64,000 nt of DNA. Origin: Bacteriovoracaceae bacterium (GTDB lineage Bacteria; Bdellovibrionota; Bacteriovoracia; Bacteriovoracales; Bacteriovoracaceae). The notes beneath the pieces are model-generated. The model saw nothing but the letters and a program-made list of their open reading frames with translations. It was not told the origin of the DNA and did no database searches. The DNA is taken from positions 1 to 64,000 of the forward strand of contig JBFGZE010000002.1 in the NCBI GenBank assembly GCA_041586955.1. Direction: 5' to 3'. Shown piece after piece: positions 39,525-49,512 of the stretch (position 1 is its first letter; each line of letters starts with the position of its first letter). Made by a program: the position numbers and the translations under genes.

Positions 39525-40862
39525 TTATAAGAATTTCTTATGGATTCTTCGAACCGAATTATCACTATCCTGATCATCAACTAGAAAACAAAAATTATGA
39601 GATGAGGCACCATGAGTTATCATTCTAACATTGATTCCATCAAGCGCCTCAAATATATGTTGCCCTAGGCGAGGAGTGGTGGGAAGATCATTACCAATAA
39701 CGGCAATAAGACATAAATTATTTTCAATCTCGACATTGCCAAGGTGTTTTAAATCTCTAACAAATTGGTCATTTAAAGTAATGGTACTGTCAATCGTCAT
39801 GGCGACAGATATCTCTGAGGTTGTAATGGCATCGACACTGACTTCATGCTTGCCAAAAACTTCAAAGATCGACATTAAAAAGCCAGAGGCGTTAAGCATT
39901 TTGGGATTTGATAGAGTAATCAGGGATTGATCTTTTTTAAGTGATACTCCGCGGACAGTTGGTCGATCCTCTACAGATTCTAAAATAATAGTTCCTTTTG
40001 CGTGAGGCTCAAAAGTAGAGCCAACAAAAACAGGTATTTTTTTTCTAATCGCAGGTGCCAGCGTCGCAGGGTGAAGTATTTTGGCACCAAAAGTCGCCAT
40101 TTCGGCAGCTTCTTTAAAACTTATTTGATCAATACTTTTGGCCTCTTTGCAAATTCTTGGGTCGGTTGATGCCATGCCAGGAACATCGGTCCAAATTTCA
40201 AGGAGTCTCGCATCGACAGCTTCTGCATATAAGGCCGCCGAATAGTCGCTACCACCTCGCCCTAGAGTGGTCGTCGCACCGTTAGGGGCACCTCCTATAA
40301 AACCTTGACCTAAATAGACCTTAGAGTGAGAGGTGAAAACCTCAAGAGCGCAGGCCTTTGTTTCTAAAATATTTGGCCTTGCATTTTTATGGTCGGCGGA
40401 GGTTCGAAGAACCCTTCGTGAGTCAAACCATTCAACATCTTTTGGAATGAATTTTTTAAGAACTTCAGCAAATATGAGTGAACTTAATAATTCACCGACG
40501 CTAACGATGCCATCATAGGCCTTGAGGGAGCATTCTTTGAGTAGGCAGCTTCCTTGGACTAAGGCGGTTGCCTCTTTTAAAACTTGGTCAATCTTATGTT
40601 GAACAGTTTTATTTGTTGTTATTTCATTAACCATATTGTGATGACGGCCTTTAATTTGGGCGAGAATATCCTGGCATTCTTCCCACTTTCCAAGGGGTGC
40701 CAATTTGGTTAATTCCACTAATAAATTTGTTGTTCCGGAGGTCGCCGAGACGATAATGAGATTAGACCCTTTATCTTGAACAATTTTGGCACAATATTTC
40801 ATGCTTTCAATTGTTCCCATTGAAGTTCCACCAAATTTTGCTACAACCCATGAATTTTTCAT
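39525..40862 (-). CDS. lysC: Lysine-sensitive aspartokinase III
   Basis: VAKFGGTS, TLGRGGSDYSAA, IWTDVPG, FGAKILHP, two ACT domains. Confidence 0.95.
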   Translation of the reverse strand: MKNSWVVAKFGGTSMGTIESMKYCAKIVQDKGSNLIIVSATSGTTNLLVELTKLAPLGKWEECQDILAQIKGRHHNMVNEITTNKTVQHKIDQVLKEATALVQGSCLLKECSLKAYDGIVSVGELLSSLIFAEVLKKFIPKDVEWFDSRRVLRTSADHKNARPNILETKACALEVFTSHSKVYLGQGFIGGAPNGATTTLGRGGSDYSAALYAEAVDARLLEIWTDVPGMASTDPRICKEAKSIDQISFKEAAEMATFGAKILHPATLAPAIRKKIPVFVGSTFEPHAKGTIILESVEDRPTVRGVSLKKDQSLITLSNPKMLNASGFLMSIFEVFGKHEVSVDAITTSEISVAMTIDSTITLNDQFVRDLKHLGNVEIENNLCLIAVIGNDLPTTPRLGQHIFEALDGINVRMITHGASSHNFCFLVDDQDSDNSVRRIHKKFL

Positions 40863-40961
40863 ATTTTCTCCAAATAAGAGCAAATGGTATAGAATCAAAT
40901 TCTATAAAGCAAAGGCCATAATAAAAAGGCCTTTCCTGTAAAAAATAAGTGAAACGATTAT

Positions 40962-41753
40962 TTAGGATTCGAGTATATACCACCCGAAGTCGAATTGAAG
41001 TCCTTCATCAACTAAGATCTTTGGCATTTCCTTAACCCAGGTTTTATTGCCTGGGTTCCATTTAAAGCGCGCTTTAGCGACTTTATTTTTGGTACGGTTG
41101 AAGACATCAACTTCTTCCTTATTCCGCCAATTAGGAGCACTCAACTCGGCAACTATTTTAACAGTAGGGCTAGTTGCTAACTTGCTCATACGGGTCAAGG
41201 AATAATTCGAGGCGATTTTAAGCATACTTAGCACATCTGTCACTGCTCTATGAGGGAAAGGGTTGATAAAACCATGGGCATGTTCAAGAAGCGCCAAAGA
41301 GCGGCCGGTGATACGTTTTGGGAACTCAACATCGGTCAAGGTATCAAGCCATATGGCATCGGGATACTCAACACCATGTCTTTCAAATAGGGCCTTGAGC
41401 ATGGGTCGGTCGTAACCAATCCCATTATGCGCCATAATATAATCGGCCTTATTCATCAGAAGTGCTAACTTTTTTAAAATAATGGCAATATCTTCTCCGC
41501 GGAAGGCCCAATGCTTGAGAATTTCTTCGTCAAGGCCGGTGAGCTCAGTTAATTCTTCATTAATGGGTAAGCGGTCGACTTCATCAATAATCTCGCTGAG
41601 GATGCTGACAGGCTGTTTCTTCGTCCAATCCCAGAGCACGGCACCAATTTCCATTACCCGGTCAGTATTGACATCAACACCTTCATAAATGAGGTCGCGG
41701 TTAATACCTTCTAGGTCAAGACCTAAAACGAGGGGATTGGGATATTGAGTCAT
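40962..41753 (-). CDS. DEDDh 3'-5' exonuclease (DnaQ-like)
   Basis: ExoI DLE, ExoII AHNGIGYD, ExoIII HRAVTD; GAGG RBS before ATG at 41753. Confidence 0.85.
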   Translation of the reverse strand: MTQYPNPLVLGLDLEGINRDLIYEGVDVNTDRVMEIGAVLWDWTKKQPVSILSEIIDEVDRLPINEELTELTGLDEEILKHWAFRGEDIAIILKKLALLMNKADYIMAHNGIGYDRPMLKALFERHGVEYPDAIWLDTLTDVEFPKRITGRSLALLEHAHGFINPFPHRAVTDVLSMLKIASNYSLTRMSKLATSPTVKIVAELSAPNWRNKEEVDVFNRTKNKVAKARFKWNPGNKTWVKEMPKILVDEGLQFDFGWYILES

Positions 41754-41895
41754 AAAGTCCTCTTTAATGATTACGGGGTCGATAATAGTGAAATTATTAA
41801 CAAAATTTATACAGTCCGAAAAGACTTTACCAAAAAATGACAATGGAGTGACGTATTCATGGCCAAGGGTGTTAGGATATGTTACCGGATTAATT

Positions 41896-43500
41896 ATGAA
41901 ATTATACCTATTATTGATTTTATCGGCCGTCAGTACGGCGTTCTTAACAGGGTATTTGGCCCTGTCTTTACAGCGCTCTCACAGTCCCTCCGATCAGGAC
42001 TTAAACGAAATCAATTTTTTAAAAGTTCAATTTCAGCGTTTTGTTTCACCTCAATATATTCTTAACCTCAATTCCATATACCCGCGACCGGAGCAATTAA
42101 AATTATTAGACCCCCTTTTTACGTTAACCGAATGGGATGCTAAAAACGTCACTTCCTTCTCGTCGGCCAAGGATTGTTTTAATTTAATTGATCCTATTTC
42201 CTTGGCCTTTGGTGACCCTAAGCCATTGGTGTGGGAAAACTACCGATGTGGTCGCCGCACCTTTTTGCCTTTAGACTTTTTTAGTTCCGCACCGTTTATT
42301 CACCCCTCCGGTAAGAGTTATGCTTACCTGGCCTTTGAGTTAAGTAAAGACGGCCAAGGCCATCGTGAATGGGCACTCAATCATTTACCATTTTTCCATG
42401 TGATGGAATTACCAGAATTGAAGAATCGAATTGGCGAGCTCTATGGCCCTTTTAAAGTATTAGTTAAACTAGATGAAACATCCTTAACCTCCTTGAGCCG
42501 CGGGAAAGGGACTGTCCTAACCAAAGACTTTCTCATTGCACGGCTTAAATACGGAGAAGACAAACATTTATTAGAATATCGCTTTTATATGCGTTGGCAT
42601 TTACAAGACTTTTTAAGTGATGGACCTTACGTTCTGCAAAACTTTGGTAAAGGACGTTATTGTTTTTATCGAGATGGCAACCTCTGCTGGAATTTATCGA
42701 CACGGCATCTTTTCCTCTTGGCCAATAAATCCATTGTGATTATTTTGGGAGGACTTATTATTATTGTCATTGCTGTCGTCCGTTTATTATTAGGGAAGTT
42801 GAAAGAACAAAAATTAGAAGATGAACGTCAGCGTCTCGCGCTTCGGGTTTTAACCCATGAATTCCGTACTCCAATTACCTCCTTGCTGCTTCTTAACGAG
42901 AAACTAGGGAATCAATATATGAATATGAACGATGAAATGCAGGAAACGGCACTTAAAATATCGAGTGAGACCTATCGTTTAAAAAATCTTGTTGATTCGA
43001 GTCGCCATTACTTGCGCTCCAGACAGGATTCACGTCTGATTGAGTTTCATTGGACTCATGTCGATTCTTATAATAGATATTTTGGTGATATGTTAAATAG
43101 TTTTCAGGATCATTATGGTGATCAATTAAAATTTATTCCTCTTGAAAATGATGGCGCTGGCGCTATTGATGACTATTGGTTGGGAATTTGTGTTAAAAAT
43201 TTAATCGAGAATGGCTTCACTCATGGCCGGCTACCGGTTACTCTAAGTTTAGCTATTGTAAGCGGGCGCCTGCATATTATGATAGAAGATTGTGGGCAGG
43301 TTCAATTTAATAATTTAAAAGAAATGATTCCAGAATTTGTTAAAGGAAGCCAAAGTCCAGGGACTGGCCTAGGCCTGAATATCGTGGCAAAAATCATAAA
43401 AGAGATGGGTGGCCAATTCATTTTTGAGAAAAACCCCACTCGTTTTACTCTTATTTTATCTAAAAAGGAAAGAAAGAATGAGCAAAGTGCTATTGGTTGA
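41896..43500 (+). CDS. Sensor histidine kinase with a DUF3404 (VxrA/WigK-like) periplasmic domain
   Basis: Cys-containing sensor with FIHPSGKSYA and GNLCW; H-box LTHEFRTPITSL; NLIENG, GTGLGL. Confidence 0.85.
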   Translation: MKLYLLLILSAVSTAFLTGYLALSLQRSHSPSDQDLNEINFLKVQFQRFVSPQYILNLNSIYPRPEQLKLLDPLFTLTEWDAKNVTSFSSAKDCFNLIDPISLAFGDPKPLVWENYRCGRRTFLPLDFFSSAPFIHPSGKSYAYLAFELSKDGQGHREWALNHLPFFHVMELPELKNRIGELYGPFKVLVKLDETSLTSLSRGKGTVLTKDFLIARLKYGEDKHLLEYRFYMRWHLQDFLSDGPYVLQNFGKGRYCFYRDGNLCWNLSTRHLFLLANKSIVIILGGLIIIVIAVVRLLLGKLKEQKLEDERQRLALRVLTHEFRTPITSLLLLNEKLGNQYMNMNDEMQETALKISSETYRLKNLVDSSRHYLRSRQDSRLIEFHWTHVDSYNRYFGDMLNSFQDHYGDQLKFIPLENDGAGAIDDYWLGICVKNLIENGFTHGRLPVTLSLAIVSGRLHIMIEDCGQVQFNNLKEMIPEFVKGSQSPGTGLGLNIVAKIIKEMGGQFIFEKNPTRFTLILSKKERKNEQSAIG

Positions 43501-44152
43501 AGATGACGTTAATCTTGGAGACTCTTTAAAGGACTTTTTAACAAGAGAAGGGTTTTCGGTAACTCTATGCCGGACTCTGAAAAAAGCTGTGGATGTTGAT
43601 ATCAATCCATTGGAATTAATTATTTTAGATTGGATGCTACCCGATGGGCAGGGGATCGATTTTTTAAAAGAAATACGAGGAAAGGGGAGTGACCTTCCTA
43701 TTATAATGCTTACTGCACGTACCGATTTAATTGATAAGGTTTTAGGATTAGAGTCTGGTGCCAACGATTACTTAACAAAACCCTTTGAGCCCCGTGAGCT
43801 ATTAGCGAGAATTCGTGTCCAATTAAGAGATCAAGCTATTGGGAAAAAGAGCGATGTTGACGACCGCATTAACCTAGGCCAGCTCATTATCGATCTTGAA
43901 AGGCGTGAGGTGAGGTTTGATAATGAAAAAGTCGAATTGACGAAAATGGAGTTTGACTTTTTAAGGCTCTTGGCCGAATCTCCTAATCGTGCTTTTTCAA
44001 GGGAAGAAATTCTCAATAAGGTATGGGGCTATAATAATTTTCCGACGACTCGTACCGTTGATACACATGTCTTACAATTGCGTCAGAAATTAAAAGATGA
44101 ATTAATAGAAACAGTGCGTGGAGTTGGCTATCGTCTGCGCTTTGGAGATTAA
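43478..44152 (+). CDS. OmpR-family response regulator
   Basis: VEDD, LDWMLP, KPF, winged-helix TRTVDTHV...TVRGVGY; overlaps the kinase stop. Confidence 0.97.
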   Translation: MSKVLLVEDDVNLGDSLKDFLTREGFSVTLCRTLKKAVDVDINPLELIILDWMLPDGQGIDFLKEIRGKGSDLPIIMLTARTDLIDKVLGLESGANDYLTKPFEPRELLARIRVQLRDQAIGKKSDVDDRINLGQLIIDLERREVRFDNEKVELTKMEFDFLRLLAESPNRAFSREEILNKVWGYNNFPTTRTVDTHVLQLRQKLKDELIETVRGVGYRLRFGD

Positions 44153-44154
44153 TC

Positions 44155-45360
44155 ATGACTCTTTCTCTCCCCATCGGTATTTTAAAAGATAAGGCCCGAG
44201 GCCCTCAAAATCATTTTGAGTATTTTGCTAAAGACTTTGAAGAGACACCCCATGGGCTTCTACCCGGTGCTTGGATTAAGTTAATTCATCGCAAGAAAGA
44301 ATACCTTGGGACATTTAATGCTTTTTCACAAAATCAGATTATCTGCCGAACCATGGGGGCCTTTCCTCATGGGGATTGGGTGACTGAGGAAGAGTTGGCC
44401 ACTTCTTTTATTGAAACGCGTATCCAATTAGCGGTTCAAAAGAGATTTACCTGGCGTGACTTTGATCGTGGTTGTCGTCTTATTTATGGTGCCAGTGACG
44501 GATTACCAGGCCTTATTGTTGATCTCTATCAAAATGCCGCTCTCATTCAAATTCATAGTGCTGGTTTAGATCGTTTTAGAGAAAAAATAAAACTTGCCAT
44601 TGAAAAACATATTCAAGCAAAAGCGGTTTTTTTAGATGATCCGAAATTGCGGGAAATTGAGGGGTTGCCACAATTTCCTGGAGATGATTTACCATCCTTT
44701 ATCGAAGTTTATGAAAATGGGTGTCTTTTTAAATTAGAACAAGATATTTGGCAAAAGATTGGTTTTTATTATGACCATCGCTTTAATCGTAAGCGATTAA
44801 AAATGATTTTAAGCGAACTTAATTTTAAAGGGGAAACCGCTCTCGACTTATTTTCTTATGTCGGTGCTTGGGGGTTTACTCTTTTAAAAGAAAAATTTAT
44901 TAATCGCGTGGACTTTATTGATCAGGCGCATCTTGGGCCGACATTTATAGAAAATGCTAAACTCAATGGTTGTCTGAAACAGGCCCATTTCCATCGACAA
45001 GATGTTTTTTCTTATTTGGTTAAGGCCCATAAAGAGGGGCAGCGCTATTCACTTATTATTTCAGACCCTCCTGCATTTTCAAAAACTAAAAAAAATAGAG
45101 AAAAAGCACTCCATGGTTATCGTAAATTGGCCAAAAATTGTCTTAAATTGATTACTGATGAGGGGGGGGTTTTTGTCATGGCATCCTGTACCCATGGGGT
45201 CAGTAATGAGGATTTAGATCGACTGGTACAATTAGAGGCGGTAGACCTTGGCAGGCAAGTACAATTATTGGATATGGGACTACAAGGGCCAGACCATCCC
45301 TTTCAAGGCCTTAGTGGCGGATCTCTCTATATCAAGTCTCTTATTTATCAAGTCTTTTAA
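44155..45360 (+). CDS. RlmI-like class I SAM-dependent rRNA methyltransferase
   Basis: SDGLPGLIVD, QKIGFYYDHR, LDLFSYVG, DPPAF, ASCT. Confidence 0.85.
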   Translation: MTLSLPIGILKDKARGPQNHFEYFAKDFEETPHGLLPGAWIKLIHRKKEYLGTFNAFSQNQIICRTMGAFPHGDWVTEEELATSFIETRIQLAVQKRFTWRDFDRGCRLIYGASDGLPGLIVDLYQNAALIQIHSAGLDRFREKIKLAIEKHIQAKAVFLDDPKLREIEGLPQFPGDDLPSFIEVYENGCLFKLEQDIWQKIGFYYDHRFNRKRLKMILSELNFKGETALDLFSYVGAWGFTLLKEKFINRVDFIDQAHLGPTFIENAKLNGCLKQAHFHRQDVFSYLVKAHKEGQRYSLIISDPPAFSKTKKNREKALHGYRKLAKNCLKLITDEGGVFVMASCTHGVSNEDLDRLVQLEAVDLGRQVQLLDMGLQGPDHPFQGLSGGSLYIKSLIYQVF

Positions 45361-45369
45361 TATGATCCT

Positions 45370-46116
45370 TTAAAGAGGCATTGAGCGATAATCGACATGT
45401 ACTAATTTCCATAATTGAATTCGATGGGCCAGGGACATATCCTTAAAGCGGACACCTATACCACTGGGGAGCTGAGATTTTCCACCTCCTCCAAATCGGA
45501 CTATTTCGGCTTCCATCGCTAATTCTCGTTCTTCAAGACCTAAATAGATTTTTAAGGAACTACCAGCTTCATTGGCGCTTAGCTGAATATTGGTATCAGC
45601 TTGGTCCTCTCCGATTGTCGATAAAAAGGCACCTGTACTGGAAATATCCACAGTTCTGGCCAGCTGAGGTTTGCCATCTATTTCCAACCATACTGGTAGC
45701 GAAAGCTGTCGTCTCTTTGCCGGTTTCCACCATTGAAGGTGTGGATTTCTTAAGGCCTTCATTGAATCTTTTTGAAATACTCCGAGGCAGAAAACGGAAA
45801 AAAATAGGCCAGATATAGCGGCCTGCATACCTGAATAATCAGTTCCAAAGCGGTAGACAAGAAAATTATTAACAATCACTAACAAAACGGAAAGAGGTAA
45901 AGTAAAAAATAAGGCTTTATGGGCCTGGGCACTTAAGACAGCATTAATTAAACAAATGGTGATGACTGCCCAATTGGTGAGGGTTATTTTTTGGAGGACC
46001 ATTGGCCAATCTTGGGGCCCGTGATTATAGAGTGCCATAATTTGGATGGGAATAGATAAGGCCACCATCACAAACACTAACGCAAATAATGTTAAAATAA
46101 ACGGTCTCTTTCTCAT
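45370..46116 (-). CDS. Membrane protein (about 4 TM) with a C-terminal PilZ domain
   Basis: Hydrophobic N-half; DISSTGAF and GIGVRF PilZ motifs. Confidence 0.85.
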   Translation of the reverse strand: MRKRPFILTLFALVFVMVALSIPIQIMALYNHGPQDWPMVLQKITLTNWAVITICLINAVLSAQAHKALFFTLPLSVLLVIVNNFLVYRFGTDYSGMQAAISGLFFSVFCLGVFQKDSMKALRNPHLQWWKPAKRRQLSLPVWLEIDGKPQLARTVDISSTGAFLSTIGEDQADTNIQLSANEAGSSLKIYLGLEERELAMEAEIVRFGGGGKSQLPSGIGVRFKDMSLAHRIQLWKLVHVDYRSMPL

Positions 46117-46125
46117 AAAACTCTC

Positions 46126-47238
46126 TCATAAATGGGAAAAATGGTAGCAATAACTTTGAATATTGCGCACGTATTTTTTCGCCTCTTTTAGTTTGGGCGC
46201 GTCTAACCAATTGCTTCCCAATTTTTTAATACTTTTTTTCACTCTGAAGGCGCCACTATTATAGCTCGCTAAGATAATTTTAGACTTTTCTTTCTCTGGA
46301 TTTGGTAGATAATTTGTTACGACGTTGCGATTTTTCTTTTTCGCCCAATACTTTTTGAGATAATGAATATAATTTGCGCCACCGCGAATTGAGTATTCAT
46401 TATTAAGACGCCATTCATTAGTTTCATTGATTTGGCCGGCCCGAATAAGGGACTTGATTCGAAAGCTTCCCATCTTATTAATTTTTGGATAACGCGGCCA
46501 ATGGGGATATTTTTCAATAATATGCTGTTCTGCCAAGGGTGTTACTTGTGTGAGTCCAATCGCCTTTGCCCAGCTGACGGCCATGGGGTTAAAGCTTGAT
46601 TCTTGGGCGACTAATCCTGCCATTAGACTGGGGTTCAGATTTTCATCACGTGAAACAGTGGTTATTGTCTGAATCGTTTCATCTGGTGGATTGAAAGTTC
46701 CTGTGGAAACGAGAGGTCCAAAATTATCAATTGAGCATTCAGGGTTTTTATACTCGGTTAAGAATCCATCCTCCATTTTGCTCGGACGGTAATGCACTAA
46801 TAGTTCAGAGTCTTGATCAATTTTATATTTAAAAAAGCGAAAGCTATAGGTAATCGTATTTTTATCTTGGTCGATAGTGCTCTTAGCATGTCTTAAAAAT
46901 TCATGAGTCATATCTTTTTTATCAAAAAAGATTTGAATTTGATGGTCAAAAGGAATGCCTGATGGGTCAAATATTGTAATCTTAAAATGATGAGACCGAT
47001 GCCATAATTTACGGGAAGGAAAGAAATGAATTTGTGGTTCAAGTCCCGTTTCGTTTTGAGCATTCATTATGGCCGTTGGAAGGTGGCCAATTTCCATTCC
47101 TGCATCGGTCGGTGGATTAAATACATCAATTGCACCGAATGGGCTTATGGGGCCCGCGCAGCTAGTAAAAACAACAATGATAATGAATACAGGCCATGGT
47201 ATAGTTGACACCACAACTCCTTTATTATGCCTAAGCAT
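46126..47238 (-). CDS. Lytic transglycosylase (SLT domain) lipoprotein
   Basis: Lipobox FTSC; QESSFNPMAVS, GLTQV, ASYNSG, EAKKYV. Confidence 0.9.
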   Translation of the reverse strand: MLRHNKGVVVSTIPWPVFIIIVVFTSCAGPISPFGAIDVFNPPTDAGMEIGHLPTAIMNAQNETGLEPQIHFFPSRKLWHRSHHFKITIFDPSGIPFDHQIQIFFDKKDMTHEFLRHAKSTIDQDKNTITYSFRFFKYKIDQDSELLVHYRPSKMEDGFLTEYKNPECSIDNFGPLVSTGTFNPPDETIQTITTVSRDENLNPSLMAGLVAQESSFNPMAVSWAKAIGLTQVTPLAEQHIIEKYPHWPRYPKINKMGSFRIKSLIRAGQINETNEWRLNNEYSIRGGANYIHYLKKYWAKKKNRNVVTNYLPNPEKEKSKIILASYNSGAFRVKKSIKKLGSNWLDAPKLKEAKKYVRNIQSYCYHFSHL

Positions 47239-47573
47239 AGATAAAGGTTAAGACTCCCAGGTATAGCTAACGTTCAGAAAAGAAATCTTAGTTACTCCTA
47301 GTTTAAAGGCGCACAGCGTTGCGAGCAATAACCTTTATTTTATAAGTCTATAGATCGCCAAATAAAGCTTTTATTAACGAGCTAACTGTTTGATAATAAA
47401 GCTAAGTTATAAACAAAAAAAATGAATAGCGCGCTCGTTTTTTGACAAAAAGAGGGCCAAATTCTGCCCTCTATCCGTGGCGCTTTGTCTTTACTGAATA
47501 ATTGTTGTCTGTGTAAACGTACTTTTCAATACTTACCTGACTTCATATAATAAAATTAAAAGAGAGGGTAATA

Positions 47574-47963
47574 ATGACTCAAAAGAAGAAACCAACCAAT
47601 GGTGAACTCGCGATCCGTACTTTGGCCATGCCGGCCGATACCAATCCTGATGGGGATATTTTTGGCGGTTGGCTTTTATCCCAAATGGATATAGCTGGAG
47701 GGATTGTCACGAAGAAATTGACTCATGGAAGAACTGTGACAGTCGCTGTGGATTCCATGACATTTCACTTGCCCGTTTACGTCGGTGATGTTTGTTGTTG
47801 TTATGTGGAATGCCTTAAAATAGGGAGAACTTCTGTTCAGGTAAAAGTTGAGGCCTGGTGTATCCGTCAGTATAGTACCGAAAGGGTTCTCGTAACCGAG
47901 GGGATTTTTACTTATGTGGCGATTGATGATGATAAGAAACCTCGTGTGATTAATAAGTCATAG
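47574..47963 (+). CDS. yciA: Acyl-CoA thioesterase, YciA family
   Basis: RTLAMPADTNPDGDIFGGWLLSQMD. Confidence 0.9.
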   Translation: MTQKKKPTNGELAIRTLAMPADTNPDGDIFGGWLLSQMDIAGGIVTKKLTHGRTVTVAVDSMTFHLPVYVGDVCCCYVECLKIGRTSVQVKVEAWCIRQYSTERVLVTEGIFTYVAIDDDKKPRVINKS

Positions 47964-47981
47964 AAATAAATGGTGGTAGGA

Positions 47982-48689
47982 ATGAATGGTGTTGAGTTTC
48001 GTGGAATTTCCCATTTCTATGGGCATAATAAGGCGGTGGATCAGGTCAATTTTTCTCTGGCCAAAGGCCATATTTTCGCCTTGCTCGGACCTAACGGCGC
48101 TGGCAAAACAACATTGATCAAAATTTTAATCGGATTATTAAAACCCACCCAAGGAGAATGCTTCGTATGGGGCCAACCGGCAGGAGAGTTTTCCCATCGA
48201 AAAAGGTTGGCCTATTTACCGGAAAAATTTAATTTTTATCCCTTTTATACTATTGAGAAGGCCTTGACCTTTATCGGCCGCTTGAGAGGCGTTACGACAG
48301 AAGAAATGTCCGAGCGATTAGATTTCGCCTGTGATAAATTTCAAGTTCAAGATATCAGAACAAAGAAATTACAGGAGTTATCCAAAGGCCAATTGCAACG
48401 AGTTGGTCTTGCCAGTTTATTAATGGGCGAGGCCGACCTTTATTTATTAGATGAGCCTTTCTCGGGTTTAGACCCCATTGCTATCCGTCTGGTTAAGGAT
48501 GCTCTTAAAGATTTGGGAAAACAGGGTAAAACCATTTTTGTGAATACTCATCTTATCAATGAGGCCCAAACATTTGTGGATTCATTTGCAGTTCTTTATA
48601 AAGGCCAATTAATGGCACAAAAGGAATTAAGTGATCTGACGAATGGCGAAAGTATTGAAGACTTTTTTATGGATACAATTAAGGGATAA
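47982..48689 (+). CDS. ABC transporter ATP-binding protein
   Basis: GPNGAGKT, LSKGQ, LLDEP. Confidence 0.95.
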   Translation: MNGVEFRGISHFYGHNKAVDQVNFSLAKGHIFALLGPNGAGKTTLIKILIGLLKPTQGECFVWGQPAGEFSHRKRLAYLPEKFNFYPFYTIEKALTFIGRLRGVTTEEMSERLDFACDKFQVQDIRTKKLQELSKGQLQRVGLASLLMGEADLYLLDEPFSGLDPIAIRLVKDALKDLGKQGKTIFVNTHLINEAQTFVDSFAVLYKGQLMAQKELSDLTNGESIEDFFMDTIKG

Positions 48690-48691
48690 TT

Positions 48692-49507
48692 ATGAAGTAT
48701 ATTTTATTAAACACCATACTTAAGGAGTACCGCTCAAAAACCTTAATTCTTTTTTCAATTTTAACAATGATCATTCTTCTTTTGGCAAATTCTCTTTTAG
48801 GTCTTGTCAAAGAGTCTTTCGATGGCGCTTTTTCGCCCGAAACTATGGGGGAGACATCAATTGGCATCTTCTTATGGATGATTGGGCTTTGGGGGCATTT
48901 TTTGAGCATTTATATTGGCTCTCGTCTTTTACCGACTGATATTGATGGCAAAATAACTCATTTCCTTTTATCACTACCTCTGCGTCCTTTTGATTACCTG
49001 GTTGGTCGATTATTAGGCGGTGTAAGTATCGTCTACTTCTTTTATGGTCTTTCTATTTTATTAGCATCTCTATTATTCTCCCTGACTCTTAAAATTCCAT
49101 TGTTCAGTTTTGCGGCCTTAGGGGCCATTTTTTCTATGGGATTTACCTCTCTGGCGCTTATTTCCCTATCGATGACTTTTTCTCTATTTCTTGGGAGGAT
49201 GGGAAGTTTTATTACCATGGTCTTTTTATTATTTGGAATCTGGATAAGTCGGTTTTCTGAACCTATTATATGGGAGAACTTTACTTCTGGTGCTATCTTT
49301 GAATGGCAGGGGATATGGAATATTATCAAAACTTTTGCCTTTCTTCTTTTGCCCCATTTAGATGTATGGGAGGCCTGGAACCGCCACTTGCTTCTTAATG
49401 GTGAATTTAATTTTTCTCTGGGCCTAGAATCTGTTCATATTTTAATGGTACTGGGACTATGGTTCCTCTTGCTCCTTAAAATATTTCCGGCAAGGGTCAG
49501 GAGTTAA
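48692..49507 (+). CDS. ABC-2 type permease
   Basis: About 6 TM segments, LLSLPL...YLVGR; coupled to the ATPase gene. Confidence 0.85.
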   Translation: MKYILLNTILKEYRSKTLILFSILTMIILLLANSLLGLVKESFDGAFSPETMGETSIGIFLWMIGLWGHFLSIYIGSRLLPTDIDGKITHFLLSLPLRPFDYLVGRLLGGVSIVYFFYGLSILLASLLFSLTLKIPLFSFAALGAIFSMGFTSLALISLSMTFSLFLGRMGSFITMVFLLFGIWISRFSEPIIWENFTSGAIFEWQGIWNIIKTFAFLLLPHLDVWEAWNRHLLLNGEFNFSLGLESVHILMVLGLWFLLLLKIFPARVRS

Positions 49508-49512
49508 AAAAA

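Noticed and set aside
40863..40961. Lysine riboswitch upstream of lysC
   Set aside because: Only about 100 bp, AT-rich, too short for an L-box; contains just a small AAAGGCC/GGCCTTT hairpin
41767..41895. Overlapping divergent N-termini of the kinase and exonuclease ORFs
   Set aside because: Artefact of longest-ORF calling; better starts at 41896 and 41753 remove the overlap
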